From Oopsacas minuta (lineage: Eukaryota > Animalia > Porifera), in NCBI GenBank assembly GCA_024704765.1, contig JAKMXF010000221.1:635763-699762 (forward strand): a DNA stretch of 64,000 bases, read 5' to 3'. Position numbers and translations under genes: made by a program. The notes below the pieces were generated by a model. That model was not told the origin of the DNA, ran no database searches, and saw only the letters and a program-made list of their open reading frames with translations. Of the stretch, positions 23,341 to 34,636 are shown one piece after another. The stretch's first letter is position 1; every line of letters starts with the position of its first letter.

Positions 23341-24378
23341 ATGTCCCAATCAATACTTATATTAAGCGCTAAAAATAGTAACTGTGCTGATTGTAACACC
23401 TCTAAGCCCTCATGGTACAACTTTAAGCAGGGGGTGTTTATTTGTACCAATTGTGCTGGAGTACATAGAGGACTCCCAACACAAGGTGTTAGAGTAAAAT
23501 CTGTGGATTTGGATAATTGGACAGAAGAGGAGGTCAAAGAAGTTGAGATGGCAGGAGGTAATAAAGTTGTTAATGATCGTTTGGAGAGGTTCCTCCCCCT
23601 CTACTACCCGAAACAGGGTGACATGACACCTCCAGATATAAGGAAAGAGTTCATAACACATAAGTATGTGAAGGAGACTTTTTGTACCAATGGGAATTAT
23701 CTTAAGTATACTCCTGCTTCTGGAGGAATGGAGGGTGTTTTGGAAAAGAAAGGCAAGGACAAGAGTCTCTGGAAATCGCGACACTTTGTACTGACACCTG
23801 TCAGCATTAAGTACTTCCTGGAGACAGGACAATCCGAACCAAAGTCCTGTCTCCCTGTCTCACAACTGGAAATACATCTGGAAATGTGTGATAGGACAAG
23901 GTCCTGTTTAGTACTCACTCACCTCAGTGATTCGGGGGCCTCAGGACGTAAGTACTACGTGAGGACAGCTGGAGGGGACCTTCTATTCGATTGGTACTTC
24001 GCACTACTCACTGCACAATCAGCAAAGGATTCGTTTAGTTCCAGTTCCCAAATGGATGTTTATAGAATGGGTAATCTTTACAAGGCAGGAGCACAAAGTT
24101 TTGATATGTGGAGGTTACGGTGGTTTTCTCTAAATGGCGCGCACGTCACCTATTCCTCAGAAAAACTGTCCGCTAAACCACGAGGGGACTTCATGATGGG
24201 ACCAATGAGCAAGGGATTCAAAGTAGAGTCAGGTGTTACCCACCGGATACCAGCACCCACCAGTTTCACCTTCCAGGTCCTGACGGGGGGAAGGACCTAT
24301 AAATTATGTGCTGAAACAGCTGAGGAGAGGGACAGTTGGATAGATGCATTTTCCCGCTCAATTTCCCTCCAATCATAA
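23341..24378 (+). CDS. ADAP1: ArfGAP with dual PH domains (centaurin-alpha/ADAP), copy A, catalytic residues intact
   Basis: CADC-x16-CTNC-AGVH-R zinc finger with arginine finger, VKSVDLDNW, two PH domains; ATG at 23341. Confidence 0.92.
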   Translation: MSQSILILSAKNSNCADCNTSKPSWYNFKQGVFICTNCAGVHRGLPTQGVRVKSVDLDNWTEEEVKEVEMAGGNKVVNDRLERFLPLYYPKQGDMTPPDIRKEFITHKYVKETFCTNGNYLKYTPASGGMEGVLEKKGKDKSLWKSRHFVLTPVSIKYFLETGQSEPKSCLPVSQLEIHLEMCDRTRSCLVLTHLSDSGASGRKYYVRTAGGDLLFDWYFALLTAQSAKDSFSSSSQMDVYRMGNLYKAGAQSFDMWRLRWFSLNGAHVTYSSEKLSAKPRGDFMMGPMSKGFKVESGVTHRIPAPTSFTFQVLTGGRTYKLCAETAEERDSWIDAFSRSISLQS

Positions 24379-25581
24379 TATTTGTAATTAATTAATCCAA
24401 TAAATTCCTTATTAACTTTTGGTAGTTAAGTATTGGCCATTAGAGAGATGTCCTTACGGTATGGGGCTAGAAATTGTCCTATGGGTACAGTTTGGGGTTT
24501 TTTTCTATAATTAATAAGGAATGATATATTCACACCTTTTGCTGTTTATAATATAACAAAGGAAACCCTCATATCAATATGAGGATAATCTCATAAATTC
24601 CATTCTACAAGTGTGTTGCTACGCAAACTATTCCCTGTTATAACACATATAATATTTCAAAGTTTAATCTAGAAATCAACAGAATTGAAATCTATTTTTA
24701 CATTCCAGAAGACAGATAGGTTGTCATATAGAATTTGACAATTGATCGTTATCTCCAATAATATTTTCAATAGCACAGTTGAACGCATACATCCAACTTT
24801 CTCTATCTTCATAGGTGTCAGCACATAACTTATAAGTCCTGTCAGGTGTGACCAATTGGAATGTGTATTTTGTAGGTGCTGGCATTTTGTGAGTAGCCCC
24901 CATCTCCACGGCGTACCCCTCATAATCTGGTCCCAGCATGAAGTCCCCCTGAGGTAACGCTGATAGTTTATTGGCTGAATAAGTGACGTGTGACGCGTTA
25001 ATTGAGAACCATCTTTTCCTCCAAATATCAAAACTATGTGTGCCTACTTTATACAGCTGTCCAGATTTAGAAACCTTCTTTGATTGGCTGACTAGTCCAA
25101 CAACTGCTCTTGACAACGTACCACGGTGTTTGGAATCCTTTGCTGATTGTGCAGTGAGTAGTGCGAAGTACCAATCGAATAGAAGGTCCCCTCCAGCTGT
25201 CCTCACGTAGTACTTACGTCCTGAGGCCCCCGAATCACTGAGGTGAGTGAGTACTAAACAGGACCTTGTCCTATCACACATTTCCAGATGTATTTCCAGT
25301 TGTGAGACAGGGAGACAGGACTTTGGTTCGGATTGTCCTGTCTCCAGGAAGTACTTAATGCTGACAGGTGTCAGTACAAAGTGTCGCGATTTCCAGAGAC
25401 TCTTGTCCTTGCCTTTCTTTTCCAAAACACCCTCCATTCCTCCAGAGGCAGGAGTATACTTAAGATAATTCCCATTGGTACAAAAAGTCTCCTTCACATA
25501 CTTATGTGTTATGAACTCTTTCCTTATATCTGGAGGTGTCATGTCACCCTGTTTCGGGTAGTAGAGGGGGAGGAACCTCTC
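23584..25581. repeat. 449-bp inverted repeat, arms 23584..24032 and 25133..25581
   Basis: The arms are reverse complements; one mismatch noticed (GCT vs GCC, synonymous). Confidence 0.92.
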
Positions 25582-25821
25582 GTACTTACCGTTAACCTTA
25601 ACGTTCCCCTCTCCACGGACTGCTTGCCCCTTCTTACCCTCGCTTAACACCTCTAACCTCTGAGATTTTAATGTTCCCCTCTTGCATTGTATTTCTTCAT
25701 GTATTTGTGCACAGCTCATACATACAAATATTTGATAGTTTGGGTTGTAATATTTGGGATTTTCTGAATTGCAATCTGCACAATTGGTTGTCCCTTGAGC
25801 TGCTTCTAACCATTCACACAT
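24724..25821 (-). CDS. ADAP paralog B, probable pseudo-ArfGAP with dual PH domains
   Basis: CADC-x16-CMSC-AQIH-E (Arg replaced by Glu); PH1 identical to copy A; first ATG at 25821. Confidence 0.9.
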   Translation of the reverse strand: MCEWLEAAQGTTNCADCNSENPKYYNPNYQIFVCMSCAQIHEEIQCKRGTLKSQRLEVLSEGKKGQAVRGEGNVKVNGKYERFLPLYYPKQGDMTPPDIRKEFITHKYVKETFCTNGNYLKYTPASGGMEGVLEKKGKDKSLWKSRHFVLTPVSIKYFLETGQSEPKSCLPVSQLEIHLEMCDRTRSCLVLTHLSDSGASGRKYYVRTAGGDLLFDWYFALLTAQSAKDSKHRGTLSRAVVGLVSQSKKVSKSGQLYKVGTHSFDIWRKRWFSINASHVTYSANKLSALPQGDFMLGPDYEGYAVEMGATHKMPAPTKYTFQLVTPDRTYKLCADTYEDRESWMYAFNCAIENIIGDNDQLSNSI

Positions 25822-26644
25822 TTCTAAATTTAGTAACAAATAACTGTCCTTGAGTAGTATTGTTTGTTGTTGTTTATGTTTGTTTATCTGTTAGTTATTC
25901 ACATTATACACATTTCCCGTTATATCTAACACGGATATCTCTAAATACCCGCTGATATCGCAGTTTAAATTGTAAAAAAAGGTCCCAAACCGTCGGAATA
26001 ACATTATATCTAATACAGGATAATCTGCTTAATAGAGATACCCGTTAATCTTGTCACTTCGCCAGAAACAGAACCAAACAAAAAGTGTTAAAGTACTCCG
26101 GTTAATCGGGTCATAATTGCCTCTTGTACCGATGTGACTCTATTATGAAGAGTCTATTGTAATTCCAGTCTCTGGAGTTTCGATATAATTATAATACCTA
26201 TTGAATTAGTATTATGTTACACATTATATGTATGTTACATAACACCTGTATATTCCTATATAATTATAGCATAGAGAGAGTATACCTTTTCACACCTGTA
26301 AAATATAATTTGTAAGATCTACAAATTTGAAATTTGGTATGTGTGTGGAATGTGATACATCTAGGAACATGTTCTACTATTTAAGTTAGCTGTTCCCACC
26401 CATGTACCCTCTATACCAATTTTAACACGTTCTGTGGACCCTTTTCATGTACTACAATACAAATTTTGAGATCCTGTGTACCCCAGCTATCGTCCGTGGA
26501 TCTCTTTGTACCCGAGGTTGGTATTAATTACAGTTAATAATAGTCCTATACTATATCATATTCTGCTATGATAGATGAAATAATCTCTTCTACTAAATAA
26601 TGAGATATTCTCCATTCTGGAACTGGAACTGGAATTATTAAATT

Positions 26645-28529
26645 ATGACATTTTTCTCTTCAAGAAGTACAATTTTTGTGCCGGGTAATTTAATTACAGA
26701 GCCAAAGGTGTGTGTAGATTGTAATGCGAGTAATGCTTGTTACTATAGTTACGCATATCGGGTCTACGTATGTATGGAATGTTCAAAAGTACATGATTTA
26801 TATTTGGAGAAATATAGCGAGGAAACTCCAGTCATATATCAGGACAGAGAATGTCAGTTAGTAGATATTGAAGGTTGTAAAGAAGATGACAACGGATCGT
26901 TGAATAAGGAATTGGAGTTATTTTTACCAGAATTCTATCAGAAAACGGGTGTCAATACTCCTCTGGTTAGTTCCATATTGTGACACCTTTTTGAGGTGTG
27001 AATTAATGTGTTTTATTTAGGTAATAAGAAAAGAGTTTCTAATATCAAAATACAGTCATAAGTCCTTCACTTCATCAATAGGATTGGATACATTATTGCC
27101 TGATTCTAAAATTGGAATTTTATGGAAGAAAGGAAAGTCCAAAGGGACCCCTTGGCACCCCTGCTATGTCAGAGTGGACAAGCACTCCCGAACCCTTGAG
27201 TACTTCAGTCACAAATCCAATCGGTTACTCCCCAAGGCTACGATACCTCTCGAAGATATAAATTTATTTGTTGAACCAATGTACCGATTAACTGAGCCCC
27301 TGACCAATGACGGAGAATTTTATCTTCATATTATATGGACAAAACACGCGCCAAATACATTTACCAAAATGTCACTTCTAAAAAAGAAAAATTCTGTTAT
27401 CGAAATCAGGAATTTATATTTCAGACCGTCAACAGATTTTGATTTGTTTCAATGGTATTTCTCTATTTTGGCAGGTAAACATGAAATTGTGTCGCTCACA
27501 CCCACGCGAAACAATAACACCTTGAAGCGTTGCTACACTTTTGACACCAGACCAGATATCATCGGAGAGCGGGAGCAGTTTGGTCCAATTGTTTCTAGGA
27601 AGCGTCTTACTGATATCATTTCTGATGAAAATGAATTTATACCTCAAAATAGAAAATCTGATTTGTACGATCTAGCCATAGACCCATTGGTATGTTCCCC
27701 TAATCCCCTAGTGTCTCCTCCTGATCCCAGGGAGGTAAAGACCCTCCCTGACCGCTTAAGGATGGCCATGACAGGTTCTTACTGCATGGATACAAGAGGT
27801 GACAATAGTTATGTCGAATCAGCTGTTCCCTCTAATCTGATTGCTCCAGATGAGGAAGTGGAAGGTGATTTTAAGACTAATGTAACCGATTTTGAATTAT
27901 CAGGTAAATTCTATTCCTGCCACTCAGCTGGCACAACTAATCCCTTCTTGGAACCACCTGCGCCATCTTTGGATAATATATTCCAGAGTAAGTTGGATAT
28001 TTGTCCCATTATTGATCCCCAGGGTGCAGGAATTGATAAGGACTCTTGGATTAATTGTTCTGTTAACTATGCTAATTATCCTTCAATTGATTCTTGTCCT
28101 CTTGACCTATCTGATACTGAGGTGGATCAATTCACGTTAACACCTTTATGTGACACATTACGACTAGACATACAGAGCAATAAGAAGTACTACCAGATGT
28201 CTGGCTGGTTACATAAAGTTGGCGACATGCAAGGTGACAAGTGGCGGAGTAGATGGTTCACTTTATCGAATACTCTTGTCACATATTCCGACACTAATTT
28301 ATCACCTTTCCCTAAGAACTATTTCTATCTTGGTTCCGATTTCAAAGGGTATTATGTGGATACAAATTACCCGCGGTTCCATCTAATGCCCCCTCCCACT
28401 AGATTTGTATTCAGGATTGTAACACCTTCTAGAATTTATCATATTTGTGCTCAGACAGAGGAGATTAGGAAGATATGGGTAGAAATTATTTCTAGAGTAA
28501 TTGCCTTGTCCTTTGTGTTAAAATTATAA
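26645..28529 (+). CDS. ADAP paralog C, divergent pseudo-ArfGAP with PH1, long insert and PH2, join(26645..26965,27021..28529), 609 aa
   Basis: CVDC-x16-CMEC-SKVH-D. A 55-bp phase-0 intron restores TPL|VIRKEFLISKY (cf. PPDIRKEFITHKY in A/B). C-terminal PH GWLHKVG...WRSRWFTL. Confidence 0.85.
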
Positions 28530-29005
28530 TATTTATTTATTCATTGTTTGTTTACTCTATTTACCAATTTATCACATTACAAACACATGCCATATTTGTG
28601 TCGGTAATAGATATATACATATTTTCACACCTATTACACTGGTCAACAAACAATTTGTTGCCTAAGATGTTAGATCCGTTTCTATGTATATTGATCTCGG
28701 GGAATCTGAAAATAGCATCGGCTTACCCGAATTGACTCTATTTTTTGGGATAGCCAATGTTATATTTGGCGTGATAAGTATAACAATAGTGAAGATATAC
28801 AACACATTAATAGTGTGATGGCGTTTCAGTGGTGACATATAATTATGCTTCCAAGTGTAAAATTTGTAATTTTTGAATGTAACTATTAACAGCAAAACCG
28901 ACAATATGGAAGTACAATATTAACATTAAGGCTAATCCGAAGGAAATACTTTATTATTGACAAAACCATTAATTGGTTAAAAGTAATAATAAAAGAATAA
29001 TAAAA

Positions 29006-29006
<1 letters not shown>

Positions 29007-29066
<60 letters not shown>
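29007..29066. repeat. (AAT)n microsatellite, ~20 units
   Basis: Directly visible; the source of the spurious poly-I and poly-L ORFs. Confidence 0.95.
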
Positions 29067-29067
<1 letters not shown>

Positions 29068-29470
29068 TACTCTTCCTTAAGCTTTGTTGAATGTCCAATT
29101 GGAATAGATACATATTTATTTCCATTATGCAATACAACGCACTTCAAGCTTCTCTTGGAATTATCAATGAATAGACGCCAATCTTCTGGTCTATATTGTG
29201 GTACTCCCATTTCCAGGAGAAGTCCTCCAATGCCATTGCAGAAGACGAGGCCTTCTTGTTGGCTAAAGTAATGAAGTAATTCTTCTTCTCTATGACGGTA
29301 ATATGTTATCTTAGTTCCAGGGCTAAGAATATTCTTCTCTTTGAGCCTGGATGCCAAATTTCTGAACAGTCTTTAGACAGGCTGAGGTCCCTGATTAGAT
29401 AATTGAGCTCTTCCTGATTGAATTGACCAAATAATGAAGAGCTGTCTTGGTCTCCAAGCTTTACCTCAAA
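29068..29470 (-). mobile_element. Frameshifted, truncated DNA-transposase relic
   Basis: FNQEELNYLIRDLSLSK / frameshift near 29359 / LASRLKEKN...WRLFIDNSKRSLKCVVLHNGN resembles a widespread invertebrate transposon-derived protein family (recalled; superfamily not verified). Confidence 0.7.
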
Positions 29471-29833
29471 GTAAGCAAATTATGCCTTTCGCACGAAGTC
29501 TGAGATACCTCTTCTTTGATCTTTCAATGTATATTCACCACATATGTAACATTAGAACATTTTCTTCTTTGACGATTGCCATAGAGTTAGAATATGCTAG
29601 ATACTTATAATTATAAAATATTGATTCTATTGAATATACATTTGGAAAAGGTAAATAACAATATAAACATAAATGTGGACCAAAATCAAGAGCCAATCCA
29701 GCAAAGCCGATGTCATTTTCGAACTCGGCACAGCGAACCTAGTCTAAATTCAATCTAAAATCTTAGGCAACAACAACAAAAATATATTTTCTTGTCCTGT
29801 GTTATTATTCCTCACTTATTAGAGTCTGAACAT

Positions 29834-30903
29834 ATGTCTTCTATTGAGAGTACAGAGGATACGCGTGATCCCATGTCCGTTTCTCTCCCTGACAACACTT
29901 CTGATCCTTTGGTATTTATTATTTGTTTGTAAATTGTATAATTTTGTTAATTTGGTTTCCATAGTTACAATCAGATACAATTGGAATGGATATTATTCAA
30001 GAAAACACTGATAGTATTATTCCTCCAATCGGGACCCCCTTAGAGGACATAACACCTCCGGTAGACACCCCTCAGGGTGCTAATATGGACCCTAACCTCC
30101 CTCTAATAGATACTACAGGTATATATATCTTATGATAGTGTTATGTGATTAATTCGTTGTTGTTTACAGTTACTGCAGGTGATAAACCAGAGGTGTTAGA
30201 AGAGTTTAATGTAGAGAGTGTTCAAGAGGTACCAGAAGATCAGAAGGAGGTTCCATGGGTGCAGGAGGGTATCAGGGCTCCCCCTCTATCTGATAAATTC
30301 TATAGTATAGCTCCTGAGTCAAAAGAAGAAATCAGTTAGTATAATTATTACCAATTATGAACCGGGGTGATTATTCATATTTTAACACCCTTGAACGTGT
30401 GACATAATCGTTGGTGACCCCTCAAGGGGAAGGGTATCATTCAATGGGGCTATTATTCGAGGTGTTAGGTACAATTAATATTATTATTGTTTACTATTTA
30501 GTGTCAAGTGATGTTCTTAGAGAAGGTGTTACAAAACGTGTACCTATCCATGAGGGTGACAATGTCCCCCTCAAGGTGACCCCTATGGTATCATCTCCTC
30601 CCCCTGCCCCTGTTGTGCCCACCCAACATTCTCTACAAAGTATTTCTATTTTTATTTACCTGTTACTTCCTTTGTTTGTTGTTGTTTTTGTTATTTTAGT
30701 TTTGATGTCTTTTAACTGATATTTGTTTGTTTACTTGTTTACTTAATGATTTATTTTATGTTTGGAAATCACTAATAATTGTTTGTTTGTGTTTATTTGT
30801 AATATATATTACACGTGCTTATGAATTCTGGAATATTTGCGAGATATGGCGATTAAGGCATCGACCAATCAGATTTCGATATGATTAATTTTTAGCCCTT
30901 TGA
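29834..30903 (+). CDS. Multi-exon acidic/Pro-rich hypothetical protein; exons 29834..29911, 29965..30118, 30170..30334, 30502..30639, last exon uncertain
   Basis: Four GC-richer segments bounded by GT-AG sites join in phase without stops (MSSIESTEDTRDP...PPPAPVVPTQHSLQ). Confidence 0.55.
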
Positions 30904-30918
30904 GCTATTTTATTCGTT

Positions 30919-31992
30919 ATGACAGAACAACAGAAGTTCTATGAATCCTCGCTTCCTGATTGGTCAAGATATCTCTGGTCTCTATTCTACAAATCCTCTC
31001 CTGTTTTATTAAACCAATCAGAATGCAGGATGTTACAAGCTCTTGACAACAGATACACTTTATGGAATGTTAACATTGCGCCAAACACATTTATACACAC
31101 TCTGCATATCAAACATTCCAGCGCGTATCCTAGCAACCGACCTCCCCTGTTAGTATTACATGGAATGGGGGCCGGGATTGGTCTGTTTGTGAAGAATCTT
31201 GACACCTTTTCAGAACACACAGATGTCTATGCTATCGATATTTTAGGATTTGGAAGAAGTTCTAAACCTATTTTTAGTAACAAGCCTAATGAATTGATTG
31301 GTCAATTCGTTCAGTCAATAGAGGACTGGAGATCAGCTGTTGGTTTGAAACAGCTGATTCTATTGGGTCATAGTTTTGGCGGGTTTATAGCGACTAATTA
31401 CGCGCTCAAATTTCCAGACAGGGTCGTGAAGCTAGTTCTAGCGGAACCATGGGGATTCCCGGCCCTAACAACAAGTAGAGGAAATAGGAATGCACGATAT
31501 AAAGGTTTTAGATGTAGAGTATTCATTCTTCTGGTATCCATGGTTACCATATATCTTAAACTATTCCAACCTTTCTCTTTCATTCGATGGAGTTTTGGAT
31601 TTGCTAAGTATTTGTTATTGTTTACAAGAAGTGATTTAACTAAGTTGTTTATTGGTTGTGTTTACCCAGAAGAGCTTTGTAGTTATATTTACCATTTTAA
31701 CTGTCAATACCCTTCTGGGGAGATGGCCTTCTCTAATTTACACATTCCATTCGGAAAGTGTAATTATTCACTGTTACCAGATAGAATATTACAAATTGAT
31801 TCTGGAATTCCTATACATTTTCTTTATGGAACTGATTCTTGGATTAGTTCTAATAGTGGTTTCAGTTCCAAATACCTTTTGACTAATTCCGTTACTGTGG
31901 ATATTATAGAAGGAGCTAGTCATCATATTTATGGTGAAAATACTGGAAAATTCAATTTGTTGGTTTGTGAGTATTTGAAACAAGTTTGTTGA
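30919..31992 (+). CDS. ABHD4: ABHD4/ABHD5 family alpha/beta hydrolase; serine present (ABHD4-like)
   Basis: LLVLHGMGAG, DILGFGRSS, GHSFG nucleophile elbow, AEPWGF, PSGEMAF, HHIYGE. Confidence 0.88.
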   Translation: MTEQQKFYESSLPDWSRYLWSLFYKSSPVLLNQSECRMLQALDNRYTLWNVNIAPNTFIHTLHIKHSSAYPSNRPPLLVLHGMGAGIGLFVKNLDTFSEHTDVYAIDILGFGRSSKPIFSNKPNELIGQFVQSIEDWRSAVGLKQLILLGHSFGGFIATNYALKFPDRVVKLVLAEPWGFPALTTSRGNRNARYKGFRCRVFILLVSMVTIYLKLFQPFSFIRWSFGFAKYLLLFTRSDLTKLFIGCVYPEELCSYIYHFNCQYPSGEMAFSNLHIPFGKCNYSLLPDRILQIDSGIPIHFLYGTDSWISSNSGFSSKYLLTNSVTVDIIEGASHHIYGENTGKFNLLVCEYLKQVC

Positions 31993-32227
31993 TTTTATTT
32001 TGTTTGTTTGTTTGAGTATCGAATTTTTGAAATTTATATAAATATATTCTTCTATCATTTGTATATTCCTATTAATTCGATTTATATTCTCCCGCCTAGA
32101 ATTTCAGATACCCCGCCTAAAATATAAATATCCCGCCTATCTATCTATTAGCCCGCCTAAATATGAGAAATAAGCCAATCACATTAATCCTATCTATTCC
32201 GCACTTATAATACATAAAATCTTAAAA

Positions 32228-33700
32228 TTATGAATTGTTTTGGAAATATTTGTTTGGAACAAGAAAGTAGTCACTCTCTTTACATGTCTCGCTGTCATTT
32301 ACCGGATACTGTAGAGGGAAATTAGTTGTTGCAGATAGATATGGGTGCTCAAATACCTTGTGGTTGTCCCTAGATACGCCTTCGTTACTTTGCAATTCCA
32401 AATATTCACTTTCAACCTCGTTATCGTTTCGCAGTTCGTCTTGTTCCCTAATCACTACTTTGATACCAAGGTCCCTAGCTGCTGTTGGGTCTACCCTGTT
32501 GGCAGACACGTAAATCCCCCTGTCCTTAATCTTTGCCCTCTCTGAAGCGGGCGGAGGCTCTAGAGGAGGGACCTCGACTGACCCTAGAGGAGATTTAGTT
32601 TTCGGTTTGTACTTCGATCGAATCATTGATTTATACCAATCATCCCTGATATCAGCACTCTTGATACAAATAGTGCATTGTACGATATTATTTGACCACA
32701 ATTGTATCAAATTTTTGGACCTTCCTTCATCCTTTGGTACAATCTCGTAGTCATCAAGCGAGTAAATTAGTTCCGATTGGTCATCAGCATAATTCCGGGA
32801 TACATACATATTCTTACCAACAAGTGTGATATACATTTGAGTGTATTTCCCTGATTTAGACTTGAATTTTACGTGAGACGATCTGAGAGAGTTCGATAAC
32901 AGAGTCGATTCGCCGGTTAAGTCCTCATTACTGAGTCTCAGTATGTCGCTACAAGATCCGGTGGGCTTCATCTTGGGGACATCTATGCTAAGATTGTCCT
33001 CTGAAGAGGACAGGGGTGAAATCTTACGGTTCAAAGGTTCAGGGGTCGGTAGCCAGTCCATGGGGTTGTTATTCAGGTTGATATCATAACTACGAGTTAG
33101 GGTGTCAGAATCTTTTGGTTCCAGACTGGTTTTAGTTGGTTCCAGACTAGTTTTATTTGGTTCCTGTTGTATGTTAGTGTTCTTAATTCTAGACATAGAG
33201 TTCAAATTAACACCTAACTCACAACAAGAATTGCTCACTTTTAAGTCCTTTCTTTTCATCCCCGCCTCTTTGTGGACATTTCCCTGCGTGAGATTGTTCC
33301 TCGGCGGGAGAGTGGGGGGAAACCTAGAAGGAGCCCTAGGGGGCAATTCTTGTGGGACCGCTAAGTACTGTTCTGGGTCTTTTATCTGTATATCAGCTGA
33401 TTTGACGGGAGCAATGACTGGCAATTCTTTTTTAACTACTTTCGTAGATTCAATTTTAGAATTTCTCCTGACCCTCTCTAGCGTCTCTTCGAAATTCTTT
33501 TTTGAACATCCGACATGCTCTGACATTTGGCGCCTATTTTTGTTGTTGTCATCTTTTTGTTGTTTCCATTCCTCGATTAAGTTCTTTACAAGTGAAGATA
33601 AATATTTTTGTTCCTTATTGCTGTCTGGTATTGTGTTTATGAATCTTAACACCTCTTCAAAGCAGGAAATAGTTTGTGTAACTAAGATATTGAATGACAT
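32228..33700 (-). CDS. Pro-rich PH-domain adaptor-like protein
   Basis: PxxPxR motifs (ELPPRAPSRFPPTLPPR), a PH-like block (HVKFKSKSGKYTQMYITL...RDDWYKSM) and C-terminal Tyr motifs; family not identified. Confidence 0.65.
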   Translation of the reverse strand: MSFNILVTQTISCFEEVLRFINTIPDSNKEQKYLSSLVKNLIEEWKQQKDDNNKNRRQMSEHVGCSKKNFEETLERVRRNSKIESTKVVKKELPVIAPVKSADIQIKDPEQYLAVPQELPPRAPSRFPPTLPPRNNLTQGNVHKEAGMKRKDLKVSNSCCELGVNLNSMSRIKNTNIQQEPNKTSLEPTKTSLEPKDSDTLTRSYDINLNNNPMDWLPTPEPLNRKISPLSSSEDNLSIDVPKMKPTGSCSDILRLSNEDLTGESTLLSNSLRSSHVKFKSKSGKYTQMYITLVGKNMYVSRNYADDQSELIYSLDDYEIVPKDEGRSKNLIQLWSNNIVQCTICIKSADIRDDWYKSMIRSKYKPKTKSPLGSVEVPPLEPPPASERAKIKDRGIYVSANRVDPTAARDLGIKVVIREQDELRNDNEVESEYLELQSNEGVSRDNHKVFEHPYLSATTNFPLQYPVNDSETCKESDYFLVPNKYFQNNS

Positions 33701-34636
33701 TTTGCTGTATATATTCCTTTAGGAAAGTTATATATACTTCATGTACAGAGAAAATAGCTTACGAACACTTAGCAACAGTTGTGTATTACTGGAATTTGGA
33801 TTATTTTAGTTGTATATTATTCATCACTATTTTGTGATTCTAACCTTTTATCATATTTGGATTGAGGACAACTTATGGTACTATTGGTACTGGTCTTATT
33901 CATATTCTAATCGGTGCCATCTCCTTGGTAACCTGATCAGTTATTTGGTATTTGGATACATGTATACGTTACATAGATACGAGGAATGATTTAGGTTTAA
34001 TCAATCAAATTACAGTTTAATAAAGGTGTTACAAGTGGATACAGTCCCGTACTTGAATGTAACCAATAGAATACTCGGAATACTGTAATCTGATAAGTCA
34101 AGATATTTTGTGAGGTTGTAGCATATTTCAATATTTTGTATATATAATCTTACATTCCATTTGGTTGCTATAATCTCCATATTAAAGTTATTAGAATATT
34201 ATCAATAAACAGCTGATATTTCTGATCACTCAATTTCCACAAATTCATTTTGTAATAATAACTTTTCACTGAAATATTTATAAATTCTTTGTTGTATTTA
34301 TTCCTTTGTTTTTGTTTATTTCACTGTTTGAATCATCTAACACATCATTGTAGGCGCCATATGTAGCTATTGATTTCATTGGTTGAGAATACTCAATACT
34401 TACATATTCACATGAATGCAATGGGTCCTCTTTAATTGTTCCCTTCTGACCCATTGCCCTCTGTATCTAATAAATGGTATCCATCCGCGGACCAATACTG
34501 GGCGCTATTTACAGGTGCCAACAATGTACACTGTCTCTTCCACTATTAGAATTCCATCTCCCAATACTGTTGTTAGGCAAGATATAACAAATATGTGTTT
34601 ATTATTTTGATTCCATAAATAAAATACAATAACAAT

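Noticed and set aside
23410-25647. Duplicated short ORFs (MSCLQEVLNADR..., MSTKQDLVLSH...)
   Set aside because: They are antisense shadows of the ADAP inverted repeat, not separate genes.
28886-29137. ORF with a poly-Leu run resembling a signal peptide or TM
   Set aside because: It is a reading of the (AAT)n microsatellite overlapping the transposase relic.
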